Assembly: GCA_963575745.1 (NCBI GenBank)
Contig: CAUYUJ010000081.1
Coordinates: 496,001 to 560,000, forward strand
From: Prorocentrum cordatum
Lineage: Eukaryota
Direction: 5' to 3'
DNA length: 64,000 nt
Shown: positions 25,163-38,642 of the stretch, one piece after another
Layout of the letters: every line of letters begins with the position of its first letter
How positions within the stretch are numbered: the stretch's first letter is position 1
Program-made: the position numbers and the translations under genes
The notes under the pieces: generated by a model
What the model was told of the DNA's origin: nothing
The model's input: only the letters and a program-made list of their open reading frames with translations
Databases searched by the model: none

Positions 25163-26935
25163 CATGATCGACTCACGACCCCGGAAAGAAATATAGAAAT
25201 GTAAAGCATGGCAACTACTTCAAAGACACCTGATTGGGCGACGGGCAACTGCAATGCTAAGTGTATCGATCTTCATGTACTGTGCCGAGGGCTGTGCTGT
25301 GCTGCGCCGTGCTGATTTGCGGGGGCCCAAAGTATACACCACCACCAGGCGGCCATAGAAAAGGAAAAGATCCTGCGCGCGACGGCACCTACAGGGGCGT
25401 CAAGTACTTGCAACGTGGTCGTGCGTGCAGATGGCGGCCGCAGTCGGCCGTGAATAAGTGGTCCCAAGCACCCTATGGCAGCACGGTGGTGGTGTATAAA
25501 AGCGATGGACCGCCCAGGGATCGTATACATCATCCCCAAATAAGCACCACTAAACAATGTGGTGTTTTACACATGCAACCGCGCGCCAAAATGACGCTGC
25601 ACACGCGACATGCCATTATCGCGAGATTTGGCGCACCCTGCGACCCACCACCGAACCAACAATCCGATCAAACCCCACGACAGAAAACCAGGCCGTGATG
25701 GTGATGTGTATGTGTGGGTCCCCGAGAATTGCGATGTGCTATGCCGCGTTTGTGATCTATAGCGTTGGGGATCTAGTCCTCTTTTGCATCCGAGTCCTGA
25801 CCGAACTGATCTGGAACTTGAGTTTGAGCTGCCTGAGAACACAGTAGCTGCCCCAGAGCTAGTTGACAAGGGGACATGCCATGAGGACGAGCCGCTAAAC
25901 GTCCCCAAGGGACGCGCCAAGCGACGTGCCAGGGGACGTGCCATGAGGACGCACCGCGGGACGTGCCAAAAGGACACGCTGCGGAACGTGCCAATGGACA
26001 TGCCACGGGACGTGCCAGGGGACGCGCCGCGCGACGTGACACGGGGATTCGCCACGGAACGTGCCAAGGAACGTGCCAAGTTGCAATGCTGAGTGTGTCG
26101 ATCTTGTTGTACCGTGCCAAAGGCTGTGCTGTGCTGCGCCGCGCTGAATTGCGATGTGCCATGCCGCGATTTGTCTCTATAGCGTCGTGGATCGAGTCTT
26201 CCTTTGCATCCGAGTCCTGACCGAACTGATCTGGAACTTGAGTTTGAGCTGCCTGAGCACACAGTAGCTGCCCCAGAGCTAGTTGGCAGAAGGACATGCC
26301 ATGAGGACGAGCCGCTAAACGTCCCCAAGGGACGCGCCAAGCGACGTGCCAGGGGACGTGCCATGGGGACGCACCGCGGGACGTGCCAAGGGGACGCGCT
26401 GCGGAACGTGCCAATGGACGTGCCGCGGGACGTGCCAGGGGACGCGCCGCGCGACGTGACAGGGGGACTCGCCACAGGACATCCTCTTGCTAGGCATCCG
26501 CCTGGGCAACCTGGACACGTGCAAACAAGCGGCTCGATCGAGACTTCCTCAACGCATCCTCATGCTAGACATCCACCTGGGACACCTGGTCCAGGTGACC
26601 TGGACGCGTGAAAACAAGAGTCTCTCCCAAGACATCCTCAACAAATCCTCATGCTAGACATCTGCCTGGGCAACCAGGACGCGTGAAACCAAGCGTCTCG
26701 CTCGAGACATTCTCAAGACCTGGGCATATCACCTGAGACATTCTCTGAATTCTGGTCTCGAGGAGAGTGACAATATGTAACAAAACCAGCGTTTCGCTCG
26801 AGAAATCCTCAACAAATTCTGAAAAAAAACAGCGTTTCGCTCGGGACAGCCTCAAACATGATTTCGCCGTCCCTCTTCCAGCCTCGTTATTTCCCGCAAA
26901 TAACGTCGCTGGCCCTCTTCCCGTCGATTCCGGAA
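25163..26935. mobile_element. Family E element copy (end truncated; contains a MITE)
   Basis: E start at 25163 and two ~420-bp units. It stops just before the next E start at 26947. Confidence 0.75.
25321..25723. mobile_element. MITE-like insertion with ~33-bp imperfect TIRs
   Basis: Interrupts the E consensus GTGCTGAATTGCGATG. Ends GGGGGCCCAAAGTATACACC... / ...GTGTATGTGTGGGTCCCC. Degenerate flanking duplication CTGATTTGC / GAGAATTGC. Confidence 0.6.
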
Positions 26936-26946
26936 GTAAAAACCAA

Positions 26947-28368
26947 CATGATCGACCCACGAACCCGGAAAGGAATATAGAAATGTAAAGCATGACAACG
27001 TTTTCAAAGACACCTGATTGGGTGACGGGCAAGTGCAATGCTGATTGTATCGATCTTGATGTACCGTGCCGAGGGCTGTGCTGTGCTGCACCGTGCTGAA
27101 TTGCGATGTGCCATGCCGCGGTTGTGCTCTATAGCGTCGTGGATCGAGTCTTCCTTTGCATCCGAGTCCTGATCGAACTGATCTGGATCTTAAGCTCGAG
27201 CTGCCTGAACACATAGTAGCTGCCCCAGAGCTAATGGACAGGGGACCATGCCAGGAGGACGCGACGCGGAACGTCTCAAGGGACGCGCCAAGCGACGTGC
27301 CAAAGGACGTGCCATGGGGTCGCACCGCGGGACGTGCCAAGGGGACGCGCTACGGAACGTGCCAATGGATGTGCCACGGGATGTGCCAAGGGACGCGCAA
27401 CGCGACGTGCCAGGGGGACTCGCCAAGGGACGCCCCACGGAACGTGCCAAGCGAGCGTGACGTGAATCCTCTGAATTCCTGCGAGCGGGACGTGAAAACA
27501 AGCATTTCGCCTGAGATATCCTCTGAATTCTGGCACCCCACGAGACCCCCGCTCGAGACATCCCCCCAATTTTGCAAAGCCAGCGCTTCGCTCGAGACAT
27601 CCTCAACAAATTATGAAAAACAAGCGTTGCGCTCGAGAAATCCTTTCAAAATCACAAGAAATCCTCGCCAAACAAACAAATTTGTCTAGACATCCTCAAA
27701 ATTCCTGCGCGCGGGACGCGGCACGCGCGAGACATCCTCGGAATTTCTGCGAGCGGAGCGTGAAAACAAGCATTTCGCCTGAGACATCCTCTGAATTCTG
27801 GCAACCCACGAGACCCCCGCTCAAGACATCCCCCCAATTTTGCAAAACCAGCGTTTCGCTCGAGACATCCTCAACAAATTCTGAAAAACAAGCGTATCGC
27901 TCGAGACATCCTATCAAAATCCAAAGACATCCTAGCAAAACAAGCGAATTAGTCAAGACATCCTCGAAATTCCTGCGCGCGGGACGCGGCACGCGCGAGA
28001 CATCCTCGGAATTCCTGCGCGCGGGGCGCTTTTCTGCGTCGCGGTCGGTGCTCCAGACCCCGTTATTTGTCGAGGATTCTGCGAAAAACGCTCCGCACCT
28101 TGTTTTTTTTACGAAGGAAAACGGGGGTCTGCGGACCCCGTTTTTTATCGAGGATCCGAGATGGGGGGCGCATTTTCCACGAGCGGGCACGCACGAAACG
28201 CACTGTTTCAAAAACAAAAACAAAAAAAACACTTTACCTCGTTATTTACGCAGAAGAATTCCGCCGGCCCCCTTCAAGTAAAAACCGGGGGTAAACAATC
28301 TAAAAGAGAACCCTGGGCCCAGGCCCTTTCCGGGAAAAAGAGAACCCTGTGCCGGAGCCCTTTCCGGG
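26947..28368. mobile_element. Family E element copy with duplicated terminus
   Basis: CCCGGAAAGG near the start; CCTTTCCGGG twice at the end (ending 28334 and 28368). Confidence 0.8.
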
Positions 28369-29272
28369 AACAAGAAAGAGACAGGGCGCGAGAGACAAAG
28401 CGCAAGGTGTACACAAACGAGAATTGGGGGTACGGCCACCATGGACAACGGGAACTACGGCTACATTGCTCGAGGTTTACAAGGTCAACTCGGCCAGGTT
28501 ATGACAAGCTGACTCGACGTAGATGGCCTGCCTCAGCTCAAACGCTTAGCATCGGCAAAGGCGGGAGTGGAGGAGCAAAGGGCAACTGGTGACAGGCCGA
28601 CCAACGCGGGTCCAACCCCACCCCACAGAAATCCTAAGCCCTGACCAGGCTGGCCCGTCCTTTGAAAGGTGCCCAAGGGAAGTCTGGCGAGTCTGGTGGG
28701 CCGGGACGGGATGGGGCCCAGTGCTGATCATGCTACTCGTCGTGCTGGTGAGGCTCCTCCTGTCGGTCAACGTGTGTAGCTGTAGAAGTGGGCTGCGCTA
28801 CTGCTATTACTGCGGTTCTTATCTTCTGCTACCAGATGGCTGAGCTGGACGGCCTCGGGGCCAGCACCACTCGGTCGCAAAATTGAACTGACGCCCCTCC
28901 CCCGGACGGAGCGGCTGCTTAACACAGAGCCTGTGAAAGCTGCACACGCACCACCTGGAAACACACTTTGAGCTCTCCGCGAGGCGAAGCCAAACGCAGA
29001 CACTTCTCGGGTACCTGCACCCTCCGAACATGCCATCCGCTCGACGGGGACTGGAGGGCCTCGAGGTAGGCCCAGGCCTCTGGTTCTGTCCCATTCCCTT
29101 TCCAGGCCTGGATCCCACGGAAGAGAAGGACACGAGGACTATGACCCAAACTGAACGAGCAACCGTCGGTGTCGATCAAGGTCATCGTCCATTTTGGTCA
29201 CCGTCAATCCGTGGGTCATCCTCGCGAGGATCGGCGATGGCCGGCATGGACCATGACCAAGACTGGCATCGA

Positions 29273-32200
29273 CATGATCGACCCACGAACCTGGAAAGGA
29301 CTTTGGAAACGCGAAGCATGGCTACGTTTTCAAGGCACCTGATTCGGCGACAAGCAGCTGCAATGCTGAAGGTATCGATCGTGATGTACCGTAACAAGGA
29401 TTTTGCTGTGCTGGGCTGAAACGACATGTGTCATGCCGCGATGGAATGCGTTGTGTTCTATAGTGTTGTGGATAAAGTTGCCCTTGGCATCCGAATCCTG
29501 ACCGAACTGATCTGGATCTTAGGCTCGAGCTGCTTGAAAGAAATGCTAGCCCAGAACTGGTTGCAATCGAAACGTGTTGGACGCTCAATCAGCTCGAGCT
29601 CAAGATCCGACTCAGTTCCGGAGCGGGACGAGACGACACGGGGAGCAAGACGCGTGGACCCGCCACGGAACGTGCCAGGGGCGCACTAGGGGATGCGCCA
29701 GGGGACGTGTCAGGGCATGCGGCAAGGGACGCGCCACTGAACGGGTAGGCAAAACGCCAGGGGACGCGAGGAGGGGGGGGGGAGGGGCATACGCCGTCCC
29801 GCCCTGGGGCGATTGGAGCCCGCGCGTTTTCACGCTTGTCCTGCTCTGCGGCGTTAGGAACCATGTGTTTTCACGTTTGTCCCCCTCTGGGGCGTTAGGA
29901 ACTCAACTGTTTACACGCTTGTCCCGCCCTGGGGCGTTAATTACGAGGCAACATGCGTTCACGCTTGTCCCGCTCTGAATCCCACTTCCCAAAAGAGGGT
30001 TGGGGAGATCATTAACCCAACTACACAACAGCAGAAGACCTTGGAGGTCAGACGAAATGGGGGGTCAGATGGAGGCCAGGCGCCGTGCAAGCGCGAAGCC
30101 CGCACAACATTTTTGCCGCAGAGCCAACCCCCAAAGTCACTCTCGTGTTAGCGCAGCCGCTTCACTCATGCAGTCACGACCGTTGCCAAAAAAACACTCT
30201 CGTACTCGTCCCTTCCAACACTTGTCTCGTATGGGTCGCCCACGAAACTGGATGCAATTTGGCAATCACCTAAACCGTAGCTAGGGTCGCACGCATCCGG
30301 GCACGAAGCCACTCCAAGTGTGCCATAAGCGAACGAGTCGGTGTACGAGCCGTCCTGTTGCCACTTCTACTCCTCCTCCAACTCCATCCGCGAAAAATGT
30401 CATGTGATCCTCACTGCTTCTCATCCTTGCACGGCCTCATGCACCTGCACTCATACTGATCATCTTCCCCCGTCTCCCCTTTCCTCACCCTCATTACGAC
30501 GGGACCGCGCTCCCAAGGCCACGATCTCTCGTAAAGTACGCTGCGTCCGCTCTCCCTGGGCTGCGATCACTCGTTAACTACGCTGCGTCTGCGCTCCCAA
30601 GACAACGATCTATCGCAAACCACGCGGCGTCCGCGCTGCCAGGACCGCGTTTCCTCGTACACAACGCGGGAGTCTCAGCTAGTCGCAGTCGAAACGTGCG
30701 GGGCTCTCAACCAGCTCGAGTTCAAGATCCGACCAAGCGTTTCGCTCGAGACACCCTGCCCAAACCCTCACGTTAGACATTCGCCTGGGCGACCTGGACA
30801 CGTGAAAACAAGTGTTTCGCTCAACACCCTTAACACATCCTCGTGCTAGACATCCGCCTGGGCGACCTGGACACGTGAAAACAAGCGTCTGTCTCGAGAC
30901 ATCCTCAACAAATCCTCATGCTAGACATCTGCCTGGACGACCTGGACGCGTGAAAACAAGCGTCTCGCTCGAGAAATCCTGCACACATCCTGATGCTAGA
31001 CATCTGCCTGGACGACCTGGAGGCGTGAAACCAAGCGTCTCGCTCGAGCCATCCTCAACAGATCCTCATTTTAGACATCCGCCTTGTCCCACCCTGGGGC
31101 GTTAGGAACCATGTGGTTTCACGCGTATCCCGCCCTGGGGCGTTAGGAACCCATGTGCTGCCACGTTTGTCCCGCCCTGGGGCGTTAGGGATCCATGTGT
31201 GTTCACGCTTCTACCGCCCTGGGGCGTTCGGAAGCCATGTGTGTTCACACTTGTCCCGCCCTGGGGCGTTAGGAACCATGTGTGTTCACGCTTTCCGAGC
31301 CTTCTGGGACGTCCGGGGGGGCGGGGGGAAGCGAAAAGCGCTCCCCGAAAACATATCCCAAAACAGCACACACGTGAAACATGGATTCACCAGAGACAGT
31401 CTCTGAAATATGGTCCCAGGGAGGGAAACCATATATAGCACAAAACAAGCGTCTCGCTCGAGGCATCCTCAACACAGCCTGAATAGATACCCCCTGGGAG
31501 GCCTGGACATGTAAAAACACGTGGTTCCAGCTCGGGACAACCATGTTAGATATCCCCCTCGGTGGCCTGGACATTTTAAAACACTGTGTTCCAGCTCGGG
31601 ACAACCATGTTAGATACCCCCCTGCGTGGCATGGATACACTGAATTCGCGCTCTCGCTCGAGACATCCTCGGAATGTCTTCTCTGGAGAGGCCCCAAAAG
31701 CGCCATCCCCTGTCCAGAGCAAGAAAACATATCTTTTCTGTATCGGGATCTGTGTTCGGGTAGCGCTTTTCGGCCCCCCGTGCGTTTCCTGGTATTTTGG
31801 CCTTGGGCCCGACGCCATGTTAGATACCCCCCTGGGCGACCTGGACACGTAAAAACATATGGTTCCAGTTCGGGACAGCCAAGTTAGATACCCGACTGGG
31901 TGGCCTGGACATGTAAAAACACGTGGATCCAGCTCTGGGAAACCAAATGAGATACACCCCTGGGTGGCCTGGACAAGTTAAAACATGTGGTCCTTGCTCG
32001 GGGCAACCATGTTAGATACCCCCTGGGTGGCCTGGACACGTACAATCACGTGGATCCAGCTCTGGGAAACCATCTTAGATACACCCCTGGATGGCCTGGA
32101 CACATTCAAACACGTGGTCCTTGCTCGGGACAGCCATGTTAGATACCCCCCTGGGTGGCCTGGACACGTAAAAACACATGGATCCAGCTCTGGGTAACCA

Positions 32201-32752
32201 TGTTCGATACACCCCTGAGTGGCCTGGACACGTGAAAAACACGCGGTCCTTGCTCGGGACAATCATGTTAGATACCCCTCTGTGCGGCCTGGACACGTCA
32301 AAACACGTGGTCCCAATTCGGAACAATCATATTAGATACCCCACAGGGTGGCCTGGACACGTAAAAACACGTGGTTCCAGCTCGGGACAACCATATTAGA
32401 TACCCGCCTGGGTGACATGGGCCCTCGTGGGGCCTCCTGGAGAGGGCCAATCTACAGGAAGATATGTAAAAGCACACGGATTCGTGCTCTTGGAGAGGGC
32501 CACTATGGGAACACACGTAAAAACACACAGACTCGTGCCCCTGACACAAATGTGTCCCGGACCCTATGATTGATCGATCGGGATTTCAAATACCAGCGTT
32601 TCGCTAGGGACAACCTCAGCTGTTTAATTCGCCGGCCCTACGCGACCTTGTTCTTTATCGCACAAGAAATTCGCCGGCCCGTCGCAAGTAAACCCGGCCC
32701 TTGGTTTACCAACTAATCTTTAAAAGAACCCTGGGAGGACGCCCTTTCCGGG
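29273..32752. mobile_element. Family E element copy, diverged and composite
   Basis: E start at 29273, E end at 32752; internal 43-bp, ~76-bp and ~59-bp repeat arrays. Confidence 0.6.
31480..32418. repeat. ~59-bp tandem repeat (GTTAGATACCCCCTGGGTGGCCTGGACACGTAAAAACACGTGGTTCCAGCTCGGGACAACCAT); also ~43865-44060
   Basis: Read directly from the sequence. Confidence 0.9.
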
Positions 32753-32984
32753 AACAAAAACATGTTCCTACCCGGTGTTTCGACATTGGGCGAAAGGGGG
32801 GGATGGGGGGGGGTCTGGCTCCTGACCTCCTCTTAGCGCGACTATTTGAAACAATGCCTGTGGGGAATCTGAAGGGGGAAACATATAGAGGAGTCCTACA
32901 GAGGAAACCCTCGCGGGGAATCCTATGGGGAACATGGGGAATCCTATGTGGAAGTCCTATGCGGGAATCCGATGTGGGAATCCC

Positions 32985-33742
32985 ATGGGCAAAGAGCCCC
33001 AACCATATGCTGCTGTGAACACCGCAGTCGTGAGTATCATCTTCGGTGGAGCTCCCTATGGGGCCACGAAACGTGTGAGGAGTGTGCCGGAGTGGAAGTG
33101 GCGGACGCATGTAGACGGTGCATCTGGGGCCTTCGGTGGAGCTCCCTATGGGGCCACGAAACGTGTGAGGAATGTGCCGAAATTGGTGTGGCGGACGCAT
33201 GTGGACGGTGTCACTGGGGCCTTGAGTGGAGCTCCTGATGGGGAGACGAAACACGTGAGGGGTGTGCCGAAATATGTGTGGCGGACTCATGTGGACGGTG
33301 CCACTAGGGCCTTCGGTGGAGCTCCCTTTGGGACCACGAACCGTGTTAAGGGTGTGCTGGAATAGGTGTGGCGGACGCCAGAGGAGCTCCCTATGGCGGC
33401 ACGAAGCGTATGAGGGGTGTGTCGAGATGGGTGTGGCGGACGCATGTGGTCGGTGCCCCTGGGGCCTTCGGTGGAGCTCCCTATGGGGCCGCGAAGCGTC
33501 TGAGTGGTGTGTCGAAATATGTGGCGGACGCATGTGGACGGTGCCACTAGGGCCTTCGGTGGAGCTCCCTATAGGGCCACGAAACGTGTGAGGGTTGTGC
33601 CAAAATGAGGAAGGCGGGGGGAGGAGGGGGAGGGAGGGAAGGAGGGGGCAGCGGGAGGAGGAGGAGGAGGAGGAGGAGGAGGAGGAGGGAACGCGGGGAC
33701 CGTCTCTTCAAAACGAGGACCCAACACCACAGGATGGTTGGG
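32985..33742 (-). mobile_element. Family F element copy with ~90-bp satellite variant
   Basis: CCCAACCAT 32998-33006; (GGA)n followed by CTTCAAAACGAGGACCCAACACCACAGGATGGTTGGG ending 33742. Confidence 0.75.
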
Positions 33743-33863
33743 AAAGATCTCGTGGGTGAAATCCCACTACGAATCCCATGGGGACATCCTATGGGAGGGA
33801 CTTCTGGGGGCATCCTTCGAGGGAGCCCGAATCCAATTAGAGTCCATTTGGAATCCGATTGGA

Positions 33864-34705
33864 ATCCGCCGACACCTTGTGAGTCTCTAGGCGTGGGACA
33901 TTCTTCCCCCCCATAACCCTCCCCCTGGGGACCCCATACCGGCAATTTGACCCCCCGCCCCCCCGGGCCGCGGACGGCCCACCCCCGATCTCACCAGGGG
34001 CGGTCCGGGCTCCGCAGGCTCGGTCTGGAACTCCAAGACACCCCGTCAAGCCTCCCAAGACACCCCCAAGACGGTCCAAGAGAGCCCAGACTCGCCGAAT
34101 GATCGATCCAAGATGCCCAAGAAGCCGCGAAGACACCCCTAAGAGGCCTCCAAGAGGCCTCCCAGGAGGCCCGAAAGAAGCCAAAATCGTCAAATTCCAT
34201 TGGGGAACATATATTTCTAGTGTATACGACTTTTCGGCCTGCGCGGCGTTGAAGAGCATCAAGAACATCCAAGAGGCACCAAAAACCGCCCCACGACGGC
34301 CCAAAACCCTCCCACGAATCCCCCAAAACGGCCCCAGAGGGCTCAAAGCCGGCCCCAGAGGCGCCCAAGACGGCCTAAAAGTGCGCCCAGCATGCCCCAG
34401 ACAAGGCCCAAGAGGGGAACCTCGATCCGAAAATTTAAATTTTCTGCCCGAAGAAACTCCCAGGAAGCCCGAAGAGGCCCCCGAGAGGCCCCAAAAAAGC
34501 ATCCAAAAGCCCCCAAAAGCATCCAAAAGCCCCCAAAAAGCATCCAAAAGTCCTCCAAAGAGACCCCAAAACGGCCCCCAAGAACCTTCTAAAGTGCCTC
34601 CAAGAGGCTCGCGAGAAGCTTCCCCACGAAATCCCAACTGATAGCCCCGAGGCTTCATACCCACAACCCAGGCACAGCGGTCGGATGGGCCGAAGGCCAC
34701 GAGAC
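33864..34705 (+). mobile_element. CCAAGA-rich element remnant with ATCCGCCG start and GGCC-GAA-GGCC hairpin end
   Basis: The ends resemble families A/B but do not pair with each other, so this is probably chimeric or decayed. Confidence 0.45.
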
Positions 34706-35774
34706 ACTCTCACGGAGTCCAGCCGTAGCGACAATGCCACCCCAGGCAGTCCGATCCACCGCCTCTATAATAATTTCCTCGATGTTTCCCCTGGCGTAGC
34801 CCTCGGGAACTCGCCTAGGAGCCCGAACGGCACGGGAAGAAGTCGTGAGCCAAAGAAGGGTGATCTCGGAGAGTGTGCCGACCAGGGGCCTGGCCGCCAG
34901 TACCACGGCATACTATATACATGTGCCTCCTGTCCTCCCATCGCGTCCAAGACAGCTCAAAAGGCCCCCAAGTGAGATGCAAGAAGGTTTCCAGAGAAAA
35001 CCTGGAAAGCAGTACCTCGGCAAACAAAACATAAGAAGAGGTTGGCGGATGTGGCGTAAGCTCATGGAATCTCTAAGATCTGCAATTCCAGGGGATCCCT
35101 CAACAATTGGCCACACCCAGGGCTATGTTTTTACGACGCATCCGGCGCCCTGGAGCCCCAATCTAATTCTCCCGAGGGCATCCCCGAGAGCACAAGGCAC
35201 ACATGCGCGAAACCTCGCGTGTCCACCAGGGGGGGGGGGGGCGGGACCCCGTGCTTCTACTCCACCTGCTTGAAGCAGCGCCGAAAACCACCAAGATCTA
35301 CTCCATGGGGGGGGGGCGAGCGAGGGCACACGCCGATCAGCAAAACAATGAAGAAGGAAACGATCATGGTCATCATGTTGTTTGGCGGCGAGCCCGGGGG
35401 GGAAGCGAGAGGGGGGCAGGCCTTCCCAGAAGGAGGCGGGGCTTCTCAGAAGCCCTCGCGCCTTCTGAGAAGCCGCCTGCGTCTTCGGAGGAGGCTTACA
35501 AGGCCTCTTGGACGGTGCGAGGGCTTCTGAGAGCCCCGCCGTCTTCTGAGAAACCTGCCACCTCGCACTTCTGAGGGTCAACGTTAGGGGGGAACTGGCA
35601 TAGGGGGGAGCATCAACCTGGAATCGGCGACACATCGCCGACAGATCAGCAATGGCCCCCGATAGCAAATCCGGACGAGCCTGGGCGGGTTGGGGCTATC
35701 GCGGCCCTGTCGGCGATCAATGGGCGATTGGGGGTCGATGCATCCCCCCCTAAGGCTATCCCCCCCCCTCTCAC

Positions 35775-36313
35775 TCCGCCTCCGCCTCCGCCTCCGACTC
35801 CTCCTCCTCCTCCTCCTCCGCCTCCTCCTCCTCCTCCGCCTCCTCCTCCGCCTCCGCCTCCGCCTCCGCCTCTGCCTCCGCCTCCTCCGCCTCCGCCTCC
35901 TCCTCCTCCTCCTCCTCCTCCTCCTCCTCCTCCTCCTCCTCCTCCTCCTCCTCCTCCTAAGGCTATCCCCCCCTAAGGCTATCGTCGCCCCCTCTCACTC
36001 CCCCCCCAAGCTCGCCGACGAGTTCTCTCCCTCGACCACTGCCCGGGCGCGGCGCGGCGGCAGCACCCCACCCGCCCCTGCCGCGCCCCGAGGGCCAGCG
36101 CTCCCGCTCTCGCCTGGGCCCCGCCGCGCGCGCGCGGCGCGGGCGGGCCGTCCAGGCCGCCGCCGCCGCCCTGCCTCCCTCCTCCTCCTCATCCTCCTCC
36201 TCCTCCTCCTCCTCCTCCTCCTCCCTCCTCCTGCTCCTCCTCCTCCTCCTCCTCCTCCTCCTCCTCCTCCTCCTCCTCCTCCTCCTCCTCCTCCTCCTCC
36301 TCCTCCTCCTCCT
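35775..36313. repeat. (CCT)n/(CCTCCG)n microsatellite blocks
   Basis: 35775-35957 and 36176-36313. Similar (GGA)n/(CCT)n tracts at 38790-38975, 39137-39200 and 51370-51450. Confidence 0.95.
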
Positions 36314-36562
36314 ACGGGAGGGTCGTGTGGTGACGACTTCGGCGCCGGTTTTTCCGACTCTGCGCGGATCGGTGAACCAGGACCGATCAGCGGCGGTCCG
36401 ATCGCCAGCTCGTTCCGCATGGACCGACTCTGGGCCAATGGCGGCGTTCAACCTTGAACGCTCGCGGCGGGGTCGCCGCCGAGTCGGCGCGACACGAACC
36501 TACCTGTGGGCTGTGATGTCCTCGAAGATGGTGCTGATGTTCTGGCGCTGGCCTCACCGGAC

Positions 36563-36720
36563 ACATGGTAGACCCACGACCCAGGACAGGAATGAAGAAC
36601 TATGTGAGGCATGGCAGCGTTTTCAAATACATCTGATTGGGCGACGGGTAAATGCAATGCTGAATGTATCGATCTTGACGCACCGTGCCGAGGGTTGTGC
36701 TGTGCTGCGCCGTGCTGAAT
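36563..36720. mobile_element. Family E start fragment
   Basis: Diverged E start through GTGCTGAAT, then unrelated sequence. Confidence 0.7.
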
Positions 36721-38034
36721 CCCACCAGCCCTCTGGGCGCAGGTGGTTTGAGGAGTTTCCTCTTCCACCCCTCCTTCTTCCCCTCCGGGACAGGGGTTTA
36801 CCCCTCCCCCTACCCCCTCCCCATGGACCTGGACCGGGGGGTTCGCGAGGTGTCGTAGCGTCCAAAACGGCCTCGGCGAGGACATCGGGGAACGAACAAA
36901 CAAACCAACCACCGGTGCAGACAAGTGCCTGGGCTTGGCTCTCCCCCCTCCCCTCCAAAGGAGCCCTCCGCGGATCTCCCTCCTCCCACCGCAGCCCCTC
37001 AGTTGCGCCCTGGATCTCCCTCCCCCTGCAGCTGCTGCTGCTGCTCCTACTTCTCAACCCCTGGCACTCATTACACGGCCTCCTCGACAGCATCCTCGTC
37101 ACGCCGATTGCTGGACTCGATACGTGGTTCCTGCTACATCGGCTAGCTCCCTCCTTGCACCCCCTCGCTCGCCCGCGAGAGGCTCTCTCGCAGCGCTCCT
37201 GAATAACAGTCAGACTGAGCCAATGACCCCAGGCCGACAGACCGAAGCAGAAATGCACATGGGCAAAATAGCAAACCACAGGCGCATTCGCGTCGCTCGA
37301 AATTTCGACTGGCACCGGGTGTGGCAGGCGGCCGCCTGACCCATCTGGGGGAGAACATCTGCCGCCCCACCACCTCAGGGGGCCTTCGACCTGGCTCGCT
37401 ACTCGGCTCGCACAAAAAAACACACACACATGCGCACAGAGGACCAGCCGAACAAGAATAGACCGGACAGGACACATCATCTCTGTGTATGTTTCGTCTC
37501 GATGCCAGTGGGGACGTCCACAATGACTCTCCAAACAAAATCTGTGAATGCACGTATTGCGCGACGTGTTACATTGCCAGTTGTCCCCAAGTCGGTCCAC
37601 GTCGTGCTGTTACATCCTTCCGTGGTACAGGAATACCAGCAGAGGCAAAGTCAACATTTGAAGGACATAGATTGAAAGGGGACCTCGAATTTCGCATCCA
37701 GGATGCATGCTAACACAAAAGCCGTGGGAGGCAAGGGAGGATGGCAACCAGATAATGAATGGGGGCATCATGCAATTGGCCACGGTCCCAGCTGACCTGC
37801 ATGCAGCGTGGTGTGGTACTTCGTAATAATGGGAGTAAAGTAGACTGAACGCCGTGAGTTCTGCAGTAGCAGGTGAATAGCAAGCTGCCGCTTGAGCATC
37901 TGCAATCATGATGTTGATGGCGAGAGCGGTCCCATACATGAACAAACGAGGATGGACAGATGTACAAATCTAACACATGACAACCCCGATGTGGCCATCG
38001 ATGTGATTGGCCTACGTGATTTCAGCTCACAAGA

Positions 38035-38642
38035 ATCCGCCGACCCTGTCGGCGTGTGCGAGGGGCTTGGCTGTTCGAGTCGTCGTCTCCGTCGGTCGTC
38101 GCCTCCGTCGCCCCCTTTCCCTGCAGCTTCCTTCTCAAGCTCGTGAGCGAGAGAAAAATCGAGCAGTGTCGTAATCGAGTCGAAGGGAAGCCCCTTCCCT
38201 TTGATCCCTTCCCCAGGGGGGGGGGGGGTCCCGGGGGGGGTCCCGGGGGGGGTCCCGGGGGGGGGTCCCGGGGGGGTCCCGGGGGGGGTGGGGGGGCAGA
38301 TTCGTTTTTCCTCGGGCGGCCTAGAAACCTCGAAAACACTCCAAATGAGGTCCGAATGCCCAAGATGGCCCCCGAGACGGCCCAAGAGGGCCCCGAGTCG
38401 CCCAAAGATCGGCCGAAAACGCCCAAGATAGCCCCAAGACCGTCCAAGAAGCCTCCAAGACGTCCCAGGCCCCCTCCAAGAGACCCCCAGGAAGCCCCAA
38501 GAGGCCCCCACGAGGCTTCCAAGCGGCCCCTAAGAGCTTCCCAAGAGGCCCACAAACTACCCCCAAGAGGCCCCCAAGAGCGCTCGTCGTCGTCGTCGTC
38601 GCCATTCAGGGTCGGCGGCACCCGCCGTAAGGCCGTCGCAAT
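38035..38642 (+). mobile_element. Non-autonomous element family D (asymmetric IR + hairpin)
   Basis: AT-CCGCCGACCCTG (IR 38037-38048); exact reverse complement at 38607-38618; hairpin GCC-GTAA-GGC (38624-38633); ends GCAAT. Confidence 0.7.

Noticed and set aside
37430..37990. Possible LINE 3' fragment with Cys/His motifs on the minus strand
   Set aside because: Motifs too degraded to support a call by eye.
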